This document shows, one piece after another, positions 1-10,714 of a DNA stretch of 64,000 bases. The notes below the pieces were generated by a model. The model was not told the DNA's origin. It saw nothing but the letters and a program-made list of their open reading frames with translations, and did not search any database. The DNA is from a virus (lineage: Duplodnaviria; Caudoviricetes). A program made the translations under genes and the position numbers. The DNA is taken from IMG/VR virus record IMGVR_UViG_3300028591_000180, positions 1 through 64,000 of that record. The stretch is one strand, 5' to 3'. Numbering within the stretch: the first letter of the stretch is position 1; each line of letters opens with the position of its first letter.

Positions 1-2
1 TT

Positions 3-122
3 GTAAGGAATGGTTATATTTGTAAAATTAGAAGTGAGATGCATGCCGATAATAATTTAGTTTATGTTATTGAGGTAGAAGTCAATAAATCTCACCAGTT
101 ATTAACTGAAAAATATGAGTAG
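3..122 (+). CDS. 3' end of a hypothetical protein (5'-truncated by window edge)
   Basis: Open frame from position 3 (VRNGYICKIR...LTEKYE) to TAG 120-122, overlapping the next ATG. Confidence 0.5.
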   Translation, partial: VRNGYICKIRSEMHADNNLVYVIEVEVNKSHQLLTEKYE

Positions 123-327
123 TAGAATAGAAGTTAGAAATAAATATAATATAATCATTGGGTGGTGTGACGATTTTACTGACATGGTTCAGGCTACTCA
201 TTTAAAGAAGGGTTATGTTGGAAGATATGTAAAATCATCTAATATAACTTATGATAGGCAGGGGAAAATTTATGCCTATGGCGACGCCACCCAAAGTTTA
301 ATTAGAGACCAAGAAAATAATTCTTAG
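115..327 (+). CDS. hypothetical protein
   Basis: 70-aa ORF packed between neighbours. Confidence 0.6.
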   Translation: MSSRIEVRNKYNIIIGWCDDFTDMVQATHLKKGYVGRYVKSSNITYDRQGKIYAYGDATQSLIRDQENNS

Positions 328-355
328 GCCTCTTAGATATAGGAGATAGATACTT

Positions 356-571
356 ATGATGAAAGTGTATAGCACAAATTGTCCAAAGTGTCGGATTTTG
401 GTAAAGAAATTGTCCGATTCTAATTTAGAATATGAGGTAATAGAAAACCCTGATGAAATTTATTTAGCATCAGAAAAATATAACATCAAAGAAGCCCCAT
501 TTGCAGTAATTGATGATAAAGTTTATAATTATGTTGAAGCCCTAAGAATGGCTCTTGATAACCCGAGGTAG
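356..571 (+). CDS. nrdH: glutaredoxin-like (NrdH-type) redoxin
   Basis: KVYSTNCPKC CxxC motif, 71 aa, GGAG RBS, directly upstream of nrdD. Confidence 0.75.
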   Translation: MMKVYSTNCPKCRILVKKLSDSNLEYEVIENPDEIYLASEKYNIKEAPFAVIDDKVYNYVEALRMALDNPR

Positions 572-575
572 TAAA

Positions 576-2558
576 ATGTTGATCGAACTTAACCTGAATA
601 AAGATTTTGAAAGAACTCTAAACACTCTTCGAGATAAGTATGGAGAAGACTTTGAATATTTCAGTGGAATCCATCCTTCACAGTTAGATTATTCAGAATT
701 CTTATCTAACTTTGTTAAGAATGATACCCTAGCTGATACTACAGTAGACCCTAATGCAAATGCTTCCCACCGAGATATTAGATCTTATATGACCGAAAAG
801 GGTAAAGCTTCAGACAAACTGTTTGGCCTGAATAAGATCTTCTTAGAGATTAAGAAGAAGTGGGGATTAAAGACTGCCCGTCAGTGGTTAGAACAGGAAT
901 ACTCAAAGGGATTTTATTTGAATGATTCTACTTCAGCTAGCTATATTCCCTATTGCTGGGCCAATGATTTAACTCGGCTATCAACAGAGGGATTATTCTT
1001 CTTACCCAATTATAATCACCAGCCGCCTAAGCATTTAACTACTTATTTTGATGATGTTATTGAATTTACTTCCTTTTTAAGTAATAGACAATCAGGAGCT
1101 GTTGGTTTACCTAATGTCATTATTTGGGCATATTATTTCTGGAAGCATGATTGTGAAAATGGGTATTATTTAAAAGACCCAGATACCTATCTTAGACAGA
1201 ATTTTCAGAAATTTATTTACCGGCTCAATCAGCCTTTTATGAGGATTGACCAGTGTGCTTTCACTAACGTAAGTATTTTTGATAGGCCTTATTTAACCGA
1301 ATTATTTGGTGGAGTAGAATTCCCTGATGGAAGTTTAGCCATTGAACAGATTGAAGAATTAATTCATGCTCAGAAAGTGTTCATGGAAGTAGTAGCTGAT
1401 ATTCGTAAAGAAAATATGTTTACGTTCCCAGTTCTTACTTATTCTTTATTATATAAAGATGGTAAATTCCAAGATGAAGAATTTGCACGTTGGGCTTCAA
1501 AACATAACATGCAATGGTCGGACAGCAATTTCTTTGTTAGTGACAATGTTGGAGTATTAAGTAATTGCTGCAGACTACTAAGTGATACCTCAAAGTTAGA
1601 TGCCTTCATCAACTCAATTGGTGGAACTGCTCTTAGTGTAGGATCATGCCGAGTAAGTACCATTAACTTTGTCAGGATTGCTTATGAATCCCTTGAACAT
1701 AATAAATTGGATAAATCCTCATTAAAAAAGGCTAAATCTAAATATATTAAAATCCTAAGAAACAGAGTAGATCTTGACTGTAAGGCTTTATTCTCAATGA
1801 GGCATATCCTTAAGAGGAATATTGAAAAAGGTCTTTTGCCTAATTATCAAGAAGGAGCTCTTGAATTAGATAAACAGTTCTGTACTATCGGTGGTATTGG
1901 GATGTATGAAGTAATGGATATGTTTGGACTCATTAAGACTGATGAGTTCGGAAATAAATCTTATTCAGATGAAGCCGTAGAATTTGCTTCTGAGATTCTA
2001 GATAACCTCAATGATGTAAAAGATCACTTCTTTGAAAAGTATAATATTCCAAAAGAAGAACAGTTCACATTCAACCATGAAGAAATCCCAGCAGAAAATG
2101 CAGCAGGAGTAATTTGCTCAGCCGATAATTTATTATATGAACAAGATAAATATTTTATCTATTCAAATCAGTGGATTCCGCTGATGGAAAAATGTACAAT
2201 TCAAGAAAAGTGTCGTCTGGGAAATCTTTTTGATAAGAAGTGTGGCGGTGGATGCATAGCTCATATTAATATTGAAGGAAGGTTCCCTAATGAAGAATCT
2301 GCCTGGGATATGTTAAATTATGTTGCCCAGCAAGGAGTTATTTACTTCGCATTTAATACTAAGATTAATGTCTGCGAGGATAAACATTCTTCTATCGGTA
2401 CTACCGTATGCCCAGTCTGTGGTAAACCAATAGTAGATCAGTATACTAGAGTGGTGGGTTTCTACACTCCTACTTCTGCTTACCAGAAAATCCGTAAGAG
2501 AGAATTCAACGCTAGAAAATGGTATGATGTAAATATAAAAGACTCATTACCGTTCTAA
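576..2558 (+). CDS. nrdD: anaerobic ribonucleoside-triphosphate reductase (class III RNR)
   Basis: C-terminal zinc site CEDKH..CPVCG and glycyl-radical motif YTRVVGF; start taken at ATG 576 after GAGG; all Trp are TGG. Confidence 0.96.
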   Translation: MLIELNLNKDFERTLNTLRDKYGEDFEYFSGIHPSQLDYSEFLSNFVKNDTLADTTVDPNANASHRDIRSYMTEKGKASDKLFGLNKIFLEIKKKWGLKTARQWLEQEYSKGFYLNDSTSASYIPYCWANDLTRLSTEGLFFLPNYNHQPPKHLTTYFDDVIEFTSFLSNRQSGAVGLPNVIIWAYYFWKHDCENGYYLKDPDTYLRQNFQKFIYRLNQPFMRIDQCAFTNVSIFDRPYLTELFGGVEFPDGSLAIEQIEELIHAQKVFMEVVADIRKENMFTFPVLTYSLLYKDGKFQDEEFARWASKHNMQWSDSNFFVSDNVGVLSNCCRLLSDTSKLDAFINSIGGTALSVGSCRVSTINFVRIAYESLEHNKLDKSSLKKAKSKYIKILRNRVDLDCKALFSMRHILKRNIEKGLLPNYQEGALELDKQFCTIGGIGMYEVMDMFGLIKTDEFGNKSYSDEAVEFASEILDNLNDVKDHFFEKYNIPKEEQFTFNHEEIPAENAAGVICSADNLLYEQDKYFIYSNQWIPLMEKCTIQEKCRLGNLFDKKCGGGCIAHINIEGRFPNEESAWDMLNYVAQQGVIYFAFNTKINVCEDKHSSIGTTVCPVCGKPIVDQYTRVVGFYTPTSAYQKIRKREFNARKWYDVNIKDSLPF

Positions 2559-2561
2559 AAT

Positions 2562-2590
2562 AAAAAGGCTTCCCTAAGAAGCTTTTTATT
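2562..2590 (+). terminator. intrinsic terminator after nrdD
   Basis: AAAAAGGCTTC-CCTAA-GAAGCTTTTT hairpin followed by a T-tract. Confidence 0.8.
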
Positions 2591-2606
2591 TGCTAAAATA
2601 AATATA
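2589..2606 (+). promoter_or_regulatory. putative late promoter (TTGCTAAAWTAAATATA class), copy 1
   Basis: TTTGCTAAAATAAATATA; near-identical motifs at 20328, 31531, 44021 and 62333, all upstream of operon starts. Confidence 0.6.
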
Positions 2607-2631
2607 AAAATATAAGGAGTTTTGTATCCCG

Positions 2632-5160
2632 ATGAAGCAAGTAAAAATAAAACCCTCTCAAAATATATATTTGTCAGTAGTTGGTACTACTAATACTCTT
2701 CAAATTGTATTCCCTATTGTAAAGGAGTGGAAGAAATATTATGGCGATGGAGAATTCTCTTTAGCTATCCGGAGACCAGTAGATAAGGAATCATACTTAG
2801 CCCCAATTACTACTGACAATGAAAATATCTATTGGACAGTAACTAGTACTGATACACAATATCCAGGTCCAGGTCAGTATCAGTTAATTTATTATGTTAA
2901 TGGAAATATTGCCAAGACAGTTATAGGTAATACTGTTGTTGATAAATCTTTAGGACAAACTAAATCAGCCCCAGCACCCTGGAGTGACTATATTAAACAA
3001 GTACTTGACGCCAAAGAAAGATATATTGCTACAGAACCTGGAAGTGGAATTATTCTAGATGATTCTTCTGACGGCTGAGTTTATATTAAGGTTGATGATA
3101 CTATAGCTACCAAAGATTATGTCGATGAATTTGGTGGTAAGATAGATTCTATTTCAGTTAATAATGTACTGCATGAACCTGATAGTAATAAAAATGTTAA
3201 TATTAATATTACTGTTAATGATGAGCTTGCTGAAGTAAAAGAAAGCTCAGAATTGGGTAAAGCCGTTAATGTTGATTTGGGCTATAATGTTATTGAAGAC
3301 TTTGAAGAAACAGAACTTGACCTACCGTCATTTACAGTTAATCTAATTGGTAATTATGATGGGTATATCTCAAATTCTGATCCAGATAAAGCTCAAGTAT
3401 GCTGTGAATTCTTTCCAGCAAGTTGACCAGATTTAAAAGAGAATTATCGGATATATCTTGAATTAGGCTTTGAAAAAAAGACTTACAATTTTAAAATAAG
3501 TGACATGGTGTCAGTTAAAAATGAGAGTGATTTTTATAATAGTGATTTCTATAATTATATAAAAGATTCTGTTTTCTCTGATGAATGAGAAGGTTTACCT
3601 TCAAAATTTTTTGATCGACAGGCCATCTATTACAAAGAGCTAGGCGGGTATAAGGATAATCCAATTTATTTTATATTAGGAATAGACGATATACATTTTG
3701 AAGATATTGAACATAGAGTTTGGTGCAGTTTATTTTATACTGAAAATACTGAAGATATTCCCCAGTTCGATGGTGAAGCCATAAATACCAATTATTATGA
3801 AGATTCAGATGGAAATTCTTGAGTCGGCGCTTGGTGGCCCAACCCTGAGAGCTATCTTGATTCCGGGATCTTAGCAGATAGAGAAGCTTTAATAAATTAT
3901 CTTCACTCAGAAGAAAATATTTATATTGATTATTTAGTCCCTACAATAACTGAGGTTGATCCTTCTCAGACTAGAGAAGTTATTATTACATCAGAAAAAT
4001 TTGAAAAAGCAGTAGAGTCACTTATTCCCCCAGTTGGTGATACTGTTGTAGAATTTAAGGTTGATATAACCGCAATACGTGGAGGAGGCGGCGATTGAAC
4101 TACTTTATCAAAAGAATGAGAGATTTATCAGTTATTAAAAGATGCTAAAGAAGCTAGGGCGGTATATAGCCATCCGTTAGATGAGGCATTAGGTGAACCC
4201 GTTGTCGATGATTATTTTAAAATAATATCACTAGAAAAAATTTCTCGCGATGGAAAAAAGACTCTTCCAGTGAATACTGAGGCCGGAATCTTTATTGCCT
4301 TTGAAACAAGGGAAACCGTTCTTATAACTACCTCAGATGGTTATGTCGAGTCTGAAGAAGTTCTTTATTTAAATTATGGAATAGCCTGAGAAAATGGATC
4401 CGGTCGGCTAACTTTTAACCGGTTAAAAATTTCAAATGATATTAATTATATTTACGTAAATGGTGTAAATCAACCAATATTATTTGATGCTTCTCATAAT
4501 AGATATGTAGATATAACAGTACCTACACAAGTATCTCAGTTAATTAATAATTCTGGGTATATTACTAGATCTGTAAATGATTTATTTAATTATTATAATA
4601 GCGCTAAGATTGATAAAGACATCGGACCACTTTATGGATATGGTTATTGTGTAGATCAGTCAACGGCTGATTATAAAGATATTAGAATTAATTTAAATGA
4701 TTTCCCTAATCAGGCAGGAAATTCTCAGTATCTTGAATTCTTATGCTGGTTTGAAAATGGCGCTCCTCGATTTAATCCAATCTCATACACTGAAGAAGAA
4801 TGGGAAAGGAAAGTTACATTTAATATAACATACCTTAATGGAAATTCTCTAGGAACGTGGCCACATGATGGTGTCTACTTAGCTGAATTATATAGGATGC
4901 TGCCTAATGGTAGTTTAAGCGATAATTACATTCAAGTAATGGGAATTCCTAAGGGATTATATAGATGTATACTTGACCCAAACCACCCAAAAATAATTAA
5001 GTTATATGATGTTAGTAGTTTATATAACCTTAGTCTAAATTCTATCTATATGGGCCTGGACCATGAATTTGTTCATGAACAGACTGTTTCTATAAATACA
5101 GAATTAGAATATGTAGAACCGTTCCCAGTGCCGCCTTCAGATGATCCAATTATAGAATAA
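2632..5160 (+). CDS. large tail/baseplate-associated structural protein (842 aa under TGA=Trp)
   Basis: Single frame with no TAA/TAG and 7 in-frame TGA (3076, 3424, 3586, 3820, 4096, 4117, 4387); BppU-like N-terminus; fibre-type motif VPTQVSQLINNSGYIT. Confidence 0.75.
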
Positions 5161-5180
5161 ATGTATAGAGGTGATAATTT

Positions 5181-6329
5181 ATGGCATATATAAAATTTTC
5201 AGTAGATCCAGATTGGATTCCACATTTTAAAAATTGGTTTAATACTCAAAATTACCCTAGTTTAAAGATTAACATTTATGAAAATCAATCTTCATCTGAA
5301 GAGGAGCCATCATATCAATTAATAGATAAATGTTTTACTACAAAAGGTCTAATCGTATATGATACTATAAATCAGATCCCCACAGGAAATATCAGCAGCT
5401 TGAGGGGTGCAGTAGTTGAAAATAAAGACAAAGCTTACGTTGGGTGGAAATTTAATTTGGCCTGAAATGAAATTGGTTTTCTTTTATATCCACTTAACCC
5501 GGTAGAGAGTTCTGAGGGATTAATCGATAGCCCTGATATTTATTTATGGCTTTTGGGTAATTCAAACGGTAAAACTGTCTTCGATAGTATAGATGATCTC
5601 CCGAATCCTCAGTATGATCCAATGATTGATCCACAAAACCTTAAAATAGAAATTGAATTTCCACATAATGAATACGATAAAGAGTTTTTTATAGCTGCTG
5701 ATAAATATCATAGAGATTATCATTATGACTTGGAATATGAAGTATTATTAGATAATTATTTTATTACAGTAGAAGAAAAAACCCGGCTTGCTACTCCTCA
5801 GCAAATAGAATTACCTATTTATAATGATGTAGTCTGAAGTGGGTATGGAAATTTCGCTTATGGAATCGAACCTAGATATCAAAAATATTTCATTATTATT
5901 AATAACTGGGCATTAAATTATCGACGGGCTATATCAGGAGAAAACCCCAGTAGGGCTATTGGAGAATTACAGTTTTCTCGTTTTCCTGATATAAATAGCT
6001 CTAAGGATTTAATGTTTAATTACATTAATTTAGGTGAAGATGGAGTTTTTCTTGATCCAATTACTAGTGATGCCGTTTATATATATCCATACTCTGCAGA
6101 TAGTGGAGATTGAGCCAGAGATTTATATTGTGTAGTTGATGAAAATGATTTTTCAACAGGAACATGTATTTGATCTGTGGATAATGGCACTAGTGAAACT
6201 ACATTACCAAGTTCAACTAATTTAAAGCCCGGTAATTATAGAATATCAGTTATTGGAGTTAATTACAATTCAGAAAGCTTACCTAATTTCTTAATATCTA
6301 GATATAACCCAGAAGATGGTGGGAAGTAG
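5181..6329 (+). CDS. hypothetical, probably structural, protein (382 aa under TGA=Trp)
   Basis: Joins track ORFs 5181 and 5553; in-frame TGA at 5463, 5835, 6111, 6171; ends at TAG 6327-6329 just before a terminator. Confidence 0.75.
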
Positions 6330-6383
6330 TAGTTTACTACTTCTTTTTATTTGTCATATAATATTAATGTAAATAAAAGGTGG
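6323..6383 (+). promoter_or_regulatory. terminator + sigmaA-like early promoter cassette
   Basis: Hairpin GAAGTAGT/ACTACTTC overlapping TTTACT(6333)-N18-TATAAT(6357), then ATTAATGTAAATAAAAGG. Confidence 0.75.
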
Positions 6384-6389
6384 TACTAC

Positions 6390-6557
6390 ATGACAAACGA
6401 GGAATTTTTATTAAAGTTGGTAGAGGCAAGAAATAAAAAGTTATTAGAAGATTGGAAGAAAGAATCATCTGAGGTAATGTATAAAATGTTAATGAGAATT
6501 TTTGAAATTTTTATTGGTTGTGGATTACTTTTGGCTTTAATTGGTTTTATTTTATAA
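6390..6557 (+). CDS. small protein with C-terminal transmembrane helix
   Basis: ATG 6390 after AAGGTGG; hydrophobic C-terminus IFIGCGLLLALIGFIL. Confidence 0.65.
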   Translation: MTNEEFLLKLVEARNKKLLEDWKKESSEVMYKMLMRIFEIFIGCGLLLALIGFIL

Positions 6558-6579
6558 TGTATAATAAAGGTGGTATAAT

Positions 6580-6858
6580 ATGAAAAATAGACAGTGGGAT
6601 AAGTTAACAACTGAGAGATGTAAGCAGTTCTGTAACGAATGGTGTTGCCCTTGTAATGATGGATCTACTGGTTGTTATGCTAATGACTTCTATGAAATGC
6701 TTTGTGATAATTCTACTCTCACTCATCTTCATAGCGGAGAAGAAGATTTATTTGATAGACTTGGGGATGAGGCTTATAATAAGATGGTTGAAAGTTACGA
6801 TGACCCAGAAATATATGAAAAGTTTTGTGAGAAGTTTGTGAAAGAGCTGGAGGTCTAG
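6580..6858 (+). CDS. hypothetical protein (Cys-rich N-terminus)
   Basis: 92-aa ORF with AAGGTGG RBS. Confidence 0.7.
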   Translation: MKNRQWDKLTTERCKQFCNEWCCPCNDGSTGCYANDFYEMLCDNSTLTHLHSGEEDLFDRLGDEAYNKMVESYDDPEIYEKFCEKFVKELEV

Positions 6859-6861
6859 AAT

Positions 6862-7257
6862 ATGAAAGAAATGGTTTATACTGATGAAGAGAAACGTGAA
6901 TGGCTTGACCACAGTGAATATAAAGGTTATGAATATGTAATTATGAGTTTAGGTACTCACCCTACTGCTTATGTTGGTATACCGTCAGCTGAAGCTAATG
7001 GTCTTTTCCAGGAAGAAGATCTAGAAGAATCTGATTCTATTAACGTTCATGGCGGTATTACTTATGAAAACAGCTACATTCGCGATGAAAATAAAAATGA
7101 ATACGGTAACAATAAGTGGTGGATCGGTTGGGATTATGCTCATCTCTATGACTATATGCCTGACAACGATTATGGGCAGTACCGAAAGAAATGGACAACA
7201 GAAGAAATTTTAGGAGATGTCAAGTCTGTTATAGATCAGATTATTGATAAGAAGTAG
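6862..7257 (+). CDS. conserved phage hypothetical protein (HGGITY / WWIGWDYAH family)
   Basis: Motifs HPTAYV, VHGGITY, WWIGWDYAH recur in phage proteins; GGAGG RBS. Confidence 0.75.
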   Translation: MKEMVYTDEEKREWLDHSEYKGYEYVIMSLGTHPTAYVGIPSAEANGLFQEEDLEESDSINVHGGITYENSYIRDENKNEYGNNKWWIGWDYAHLYDYMPDNDYGQYRKKWTTEEILGDVKSVIDQIIDKK

Positions 7258-7306
7258 TTTAAAACTACTTCTTTTTATTATATAATAATATTGTAAATAA
7301 AGGAGG
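7249..7306 (+). promoter_or_regulatory. terminator + early promoter cassette
   Basis: AAGAAGTAG-TTTAAAA-CTACTTCTT hairpin; TTTAAA(7258)-N17-TATAAT(7281)-AATATTGTAAATAAAGGAGG. Confidence 0.8.
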
Positions 7307-7313
7307 AAGAAAA

Positions 7314-7598
7314 ATGCCGATGTATGCCAATAAAGAATGGGATTATCTATTCGACGACCTTAGTAGTTTCTTGGAATCTCATGATCCGTCAGAATTATTG
7401 CACGTTGCTTCTGATGCTGTAAGTAGTTGGGAATATAAAAAAGACAAAGAATCCAAATTACCGAATGCTATTCCAATTGAGTGGCTGGAAAAGAAGATAG
7501 AGAAGTGCAAGTCATCTAAAGATTTATATCCACAATTATTTGAAGAAATAATGACAATTGTAATCACAGAGTGGAGGAAAGAAAATGAGACAAATTGA
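7314..7598 (+). CDS. cassette-array protein (AIPIEW...EWRKENE family)
   Basis: Ends in TGA overlapping the next gene; a TAA follows 3 codons later (7605-7607) if TGA is read through. Confidence 0.75.
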   Translation: MPMYANKEWDYLFDDLSSFLESHDPSELLHVASDAVSSWEYKKDKESKLPNAIPIEWLEKKIEKCKSSKDLYPQLFEEIMTIVITEWRKENETN

Positions 7599-7974
7599 TG
7601 CAGATAAACTTAAATCATTATTTAGTCCAGCCCTGACTGGCAAAACAACTTATTCTGCTGATGAAATCTTATTATCAATAGAAACAATGCCCGATAGTGA
7701 ACTAACTTCCCAACAGGTAATGGAGTATTGCAAAGCCCGTAATTACGCATTAGTTGATAATGAGTTCTTGCACATCATTCTTGGAGATAATCCTATGGAA
7801 TTATTCGGGTTACCAATAGAAGATGTAAAAAGAGTCATCAAGATATATAAGGTTAAAGGAGTTGTACCGACTACTGAATATACAGAAGGATTTGAAGATG
7901 GAGTGAATTATATGAAAGCCTATTATGAAAAGGTTATGGATGAATTAATAAAAAACGTTTATGAGGTAAGATAA
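7585..7974 (+). CDS. MRLIDAD-family small phage protein
   Basis: Starts MRQIDADKL; GGAGGAAAGAAAATG junction. Confidence 0.8.
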   Translation: MRQIDADKLKSLFSPALTGKTTYSADEILLSIETMPDSELTSQQVMEYCKARNYALVDNEFLHIILGDNPMELFGLPIEDVKRVIKIYKVKGVVPTTEYTEGFEDGVNYMKAYYEKVMDELIKNVYEVR

Positions 7975-8268
7975 ATGATATTGATCGATAGAGATAAATT
8001 ATATAATGATATCTGTAAGCCAAGTGATTTACCAGATGATTCAATAAATGTTTGTGATATTAGATTAGCCATCATTAATCAACCTGCAATAGAAGCTATC
8101 TCCATTAAAGATATTAAGGACTTTTTAAGGTGTGAAAAAATTGATAGTTGCGAATGGCGAAATTGTAGAGAGTGTTCTCAAATGAAATGTATTTCTATAC
8201 GAAATCTTAGTGATTTAATAGAGTGGTCTAAGGAGAAAGAAAATGGGATTAGATTTTACAATTTATAA
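7975..8268 (+). CDS. MRLIDAD-family small phage protein
   Basis: MILIDRDKL...PAIEAISI...EWSKEKENG. Confidence 0.8.
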   Translation: MILIDRDKLYNDICKPSDLPDDSINVCDIRLAIINQPAIEAISIKDIKDFLRCEKIDSCEWRNCRECSQMKCISIRNLSDLIEWSKEKENGIRFYNL

Positions 8269-8767
8269 GAAGAAGAAAAATGAAACTTGTCAAGAAGCTT
8301 GGGAGAATTTCAGAGAAAATGAAATTGAACTGGCCTATGGTCGAAAGAGCTGGGAATTAGTATATGCATTAGTTCCCAATTATAGAGATTATTATGAAAG
8401 TGAAGAGTATTTAGATGGCGTTTGTAATAATACAGATACCTGGGAAGATCCTATTGTCACAAAAGAAAGATGGGATTCTCTCATTAAAGATATGGAGCCT
8501 ATTGGAAATAAATTAGATGATATTTTTGATGCATTTAGCAGAGAAGAACATGCTCCTGTAGATTACCCTGAGTTTGTGTTTACTGATGAGCATAAGAAAT
8601 TAATTGCAGAATACGAGTATTGGTATAATAAGACATTTAATACCACTCCAACATTAGGTTATGATTTTTCAGTGGGGTATATGAAAGAATTTTGGGATGC
8701 AAATGATAAAGTTCAAGAAGTATTTGCAGATCCTGAATTAGAGGTAAGAGCAAGTGTCAGTTATTAA
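8243..8767 (+). CDS. hypothetical protein, paralog of 15074..15568
   Basis: Shares MGLDF, ELAYGRKSWELVY and PTLGYDFSV blocks with 15074. Confidence 0.8.
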   Translation: MGLDFTIYKKKKNETCQEAWENFRENEIELAYGRKSWELVYALVPNYRDYYESEEYLDGVCNNTDTWEDPIVTKERWDSLIKDMEPIGNKLDDIFDAFSREEHAPVDYPEFVFTDEHKKLIAEYEYWYNKTFNTTPTLGYDFSVGYMKEFWDANDKVQEVFADPELEVRASVSY

Positions 8768-8794
8768 AAACAATTATTATGAGGAGTGAGAATA

Positions 8795-9157
8795 ATGAGA
8801 CTGATTGATGCTGGTGAACTGATACAAGAGTTTGAAAAAATTAAAACCAATGGAAGTACTGAGTATCAAGAAGGAATTAATACTGGAATTAATAGGTGTA
8901 CTGTACTCGTTGCCAACACTCCAATAGTAGATGCCGTACTTCTTGAAGATTTCAGGTCGATGGAACGGACGGTTAACAAACTGACAAAAGCAATCGCAGA
9001 TGCCGAGCCGGTGAGACATGGGCATTGGATAGATGTAAATGGTGATGGCTCCTTGTGGAGATGTTCTATATGCGGAGAAACACAATGTTGTGATAGCAAT
9101 TACTGCGGAGATTGCAGGGCAAAGATGGACGAGGAGAAAGAGAATGAGACTGATTGA
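8795..9157 (+). CDS. MRLIDAD-family protein with C-terminal zinc ribbon
   Basis: MRLIDAGEL...HGHW...CSICG...CGDC; true start probably ATG 8795; ends in TGA. Confidence 0.8.
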   Translation: MRLIDAGELIQEFEKIKTNGSTEYQEGINTGINRCTVLVANTPIVDAVLLEDFRSMERTVNKLTKAIADAEPVRHGHWIDVNGDGSLWRCSICGETQCCDSNYCGDCRAKMDEEKENETD

Positions 9158-9497
9158 TGCTGAAAAGGTTAAGCAATACATACTAGAAGAAGGGTTCTAC
9201 TGTGATACTGAAGCAGACAAGGAGGCTACTGCAGGAGAAATAGATGAACTGTTTCCAACAGTAGATGCAATCTCGATTGAGTGGTTAAAGAAACATAAGT
9301 ATTTTAATATTATTGATTTGTGGGAAAAAGATTGTCAGCTGAAAAACACTAAAGATATTTTAGATAAATTATTATCAGAACATAATTTCAAATCTTATAG
9401 CGATTATGTTGAATACGCTGGGAAAATAACAGCTCTACCACGAGATGATAGACTTGATATTTTATTTAAGGAGAAAGAAAATGAAAGTAATATTTAG
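9144..9497 (+). CDS. MRLIDAD-family protein
   Basis: MRLIDAEK...PTVDAISIEW; start at ATG 9144 after GGAG. Confidence 0.8.
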   Translation: MRLIDAEKVKQYILEEGFYCDTEADKEATAGEIDELFPTVDAISIEWLKKHKYFNIIDLWEKDCQLKNTKDILDKLLSEHNFKSYSDYVEYAGKITALPRDDRLDILFKEKENESNI

Positions 9498-9684
9498 AAT
9501 AAAATCAGCTAATTTATCTAATAAGGAAGACTATGTGAGCATGGCTCATAATATCATAAGTTTATGGGATGATATGAAAGACCTCGATGCTATGGTAATA
9601 CCAGAAGATGTAGAAGTATATGTTGTAGATGGTGATAGTAAAGCAGAGGTGGTATTTGATAGCAATCAAGACGTCGTAGAATAA
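9481..9684 (+). CDS. hypothetical protein
   Basis: ATG 9481 within a GGAGAAAGAAAATG junction. Confidence 0.7.
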   Translation: MKVIFRIKSANLSNKEDYVSMAHNIISLWDDMKDLDAMVIPEDVEVYVVDGDSKAEVVFDSNQDVVE

Positions 9685-9721
9685 TTCATTAAAAGATATA
9701 GTATAATTATTTAGATCCACC

Positions 9722-9784
9722 AGAGGAATTGTAGTTTACAGATTCCTCTTTTTAATTATATAATAGTATTGTAAATAAAGGAGG
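9722..9784 (+). promoter_or_regulatory. terminator + early promoter cassette
   Basis: AGAGGAAT/ATTCCTCT hairpin whose loop holds TAGTTTACA; TTTACA(9735)-N18-TATAAT(9759)-AGTATTGTAAATAAAGGAGG. Confidence 0.8.
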
Positions 9785-9792
9785 TAAAGAAG

Positions 9793-10050
9793 ATGGAGAG
9801 CGAAACAGTAATTAAAGTAATTGATGCACTCATCGGAAGTATTAAGCCTTGCAACTCACCAGCAATTAATTGCGAAAGACTCGGTAGTCTTCAAGTCTTA
9901 TTAGAAGTGATGGATAACTACATTGCAGAAATTGAAAATGTTGTTAAATATCGAAATAGGTCTGAATATTATAAGCAACAAATGGGCGAGATGGCTTATG
10001 AATGGTTCGTTGACTTAAAGAGTCATGTTAATGAATTTATGGAAGAGTAA
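9793..10050 (+). CDS. hypothetical protein
   Basis: 85-aa ORF after promoter and GGAGG. Confidence 0.75.
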   Translation: MESETVIKVIDALIGSIKPCNSPAINCERLGSLQVLLEVMDNYIAEIENVVKYRNRSEYYKQQMGEMAYEWFVDLKSHVNEFMEE

Positions 10051-10063
10051 GGTGAGAAAGAAA

Positions 10064-10354
10064 ATGCCAACAATTAATACCAAAGATTTACCTGAATTTG
10101 AAACAGTAAGACTTATTGATTTAACTGAAGATAGTATTAATCATATAGCCGAAGCAATTGTCAGTAAATTAAATAAATCTGAGAGATATGGAAAGTGGAA
10201 ACCTATGGATTTAACTTGGGGTAGAAGTATCTATTATTGCACAAATTGTGGAGCCTCAGCAGAAGTACCAACAGAAATGGGAAAACCAATATATAGGTTC
10301 TGTCCTAACTGTGGAGTAAAGATGGATAAGGAGAAAGAAAATGAGACTAATTAA
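10064..10354 (+). CDS. zinc-ribbon protein of the cassette array
   Basis: GKWK...CTNCG...CPNCG..MD; ends KEKENETN. Confidence 0.75.
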   Translation: MPTINTKDLPEFETVRLIDLTEDSINHIAEAIVSKLNKSERYGKWKPMDLTWGRSIYYCTNCGASAEVPTEMGKPIYRFCPNCGVKMDKEKENETN

Positions 10355-10610
10355 TGCAGATGATTTTTTCAACGATTTTCCTGAACTGAGGGATTATGAA
10401 TACGCATCACAAGAATATGAGGTAGAAGCAATCCCTATTGAGCGGATAAAGAAGTGGGATACCGACAAAAATAAAGATTTCTATGATTGTTGCAAACTTC
10501 TTATTGATGACTTCAACAAAAACGATGTCAAAAGAATTTATTATAAGGACATGCCACCATATAATACAACTCAAGCTTTGTTAGAAGATTGGGAGAGAGA
10601 AAGATGTTAG
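10341..10610 (+). CDS. MRLIDAD-family protein
   Basis: MRLINADD...VEAIPIE. Confidence 0.8.
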   Translation: MRLINADDFFNDFPELRDYEYASQEYEVEAIPIERIKKWDTDKNKDFYDCCKLLIDDFNKNDVKRIYYKDMPPYNTTQALLEDWERERC

Positions 10611-10714
10611 ACTTGATCGCACAAGGAATAGTCATAGTTCTTGCATTAATATGGGCGGTAATTGCAGTAACAGGAATATTAGAAATATTAGATATGTGGG
10701 AGAAAAGAAAATGA
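10604..10714 (+). CDS. 36-aa single-pass membrane peptide
   Basis: MLDLIAQGIVIVLALIWAVIAVTGILEILDMWEKRK; ends in TGA overlapping the ATG of 10711 (ATGA coupling); not in the ORF track. Confidence 0.6.
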   Translation: MLDLIAQGIVIVLALIWAVIAVTGILEILDMWEKRK

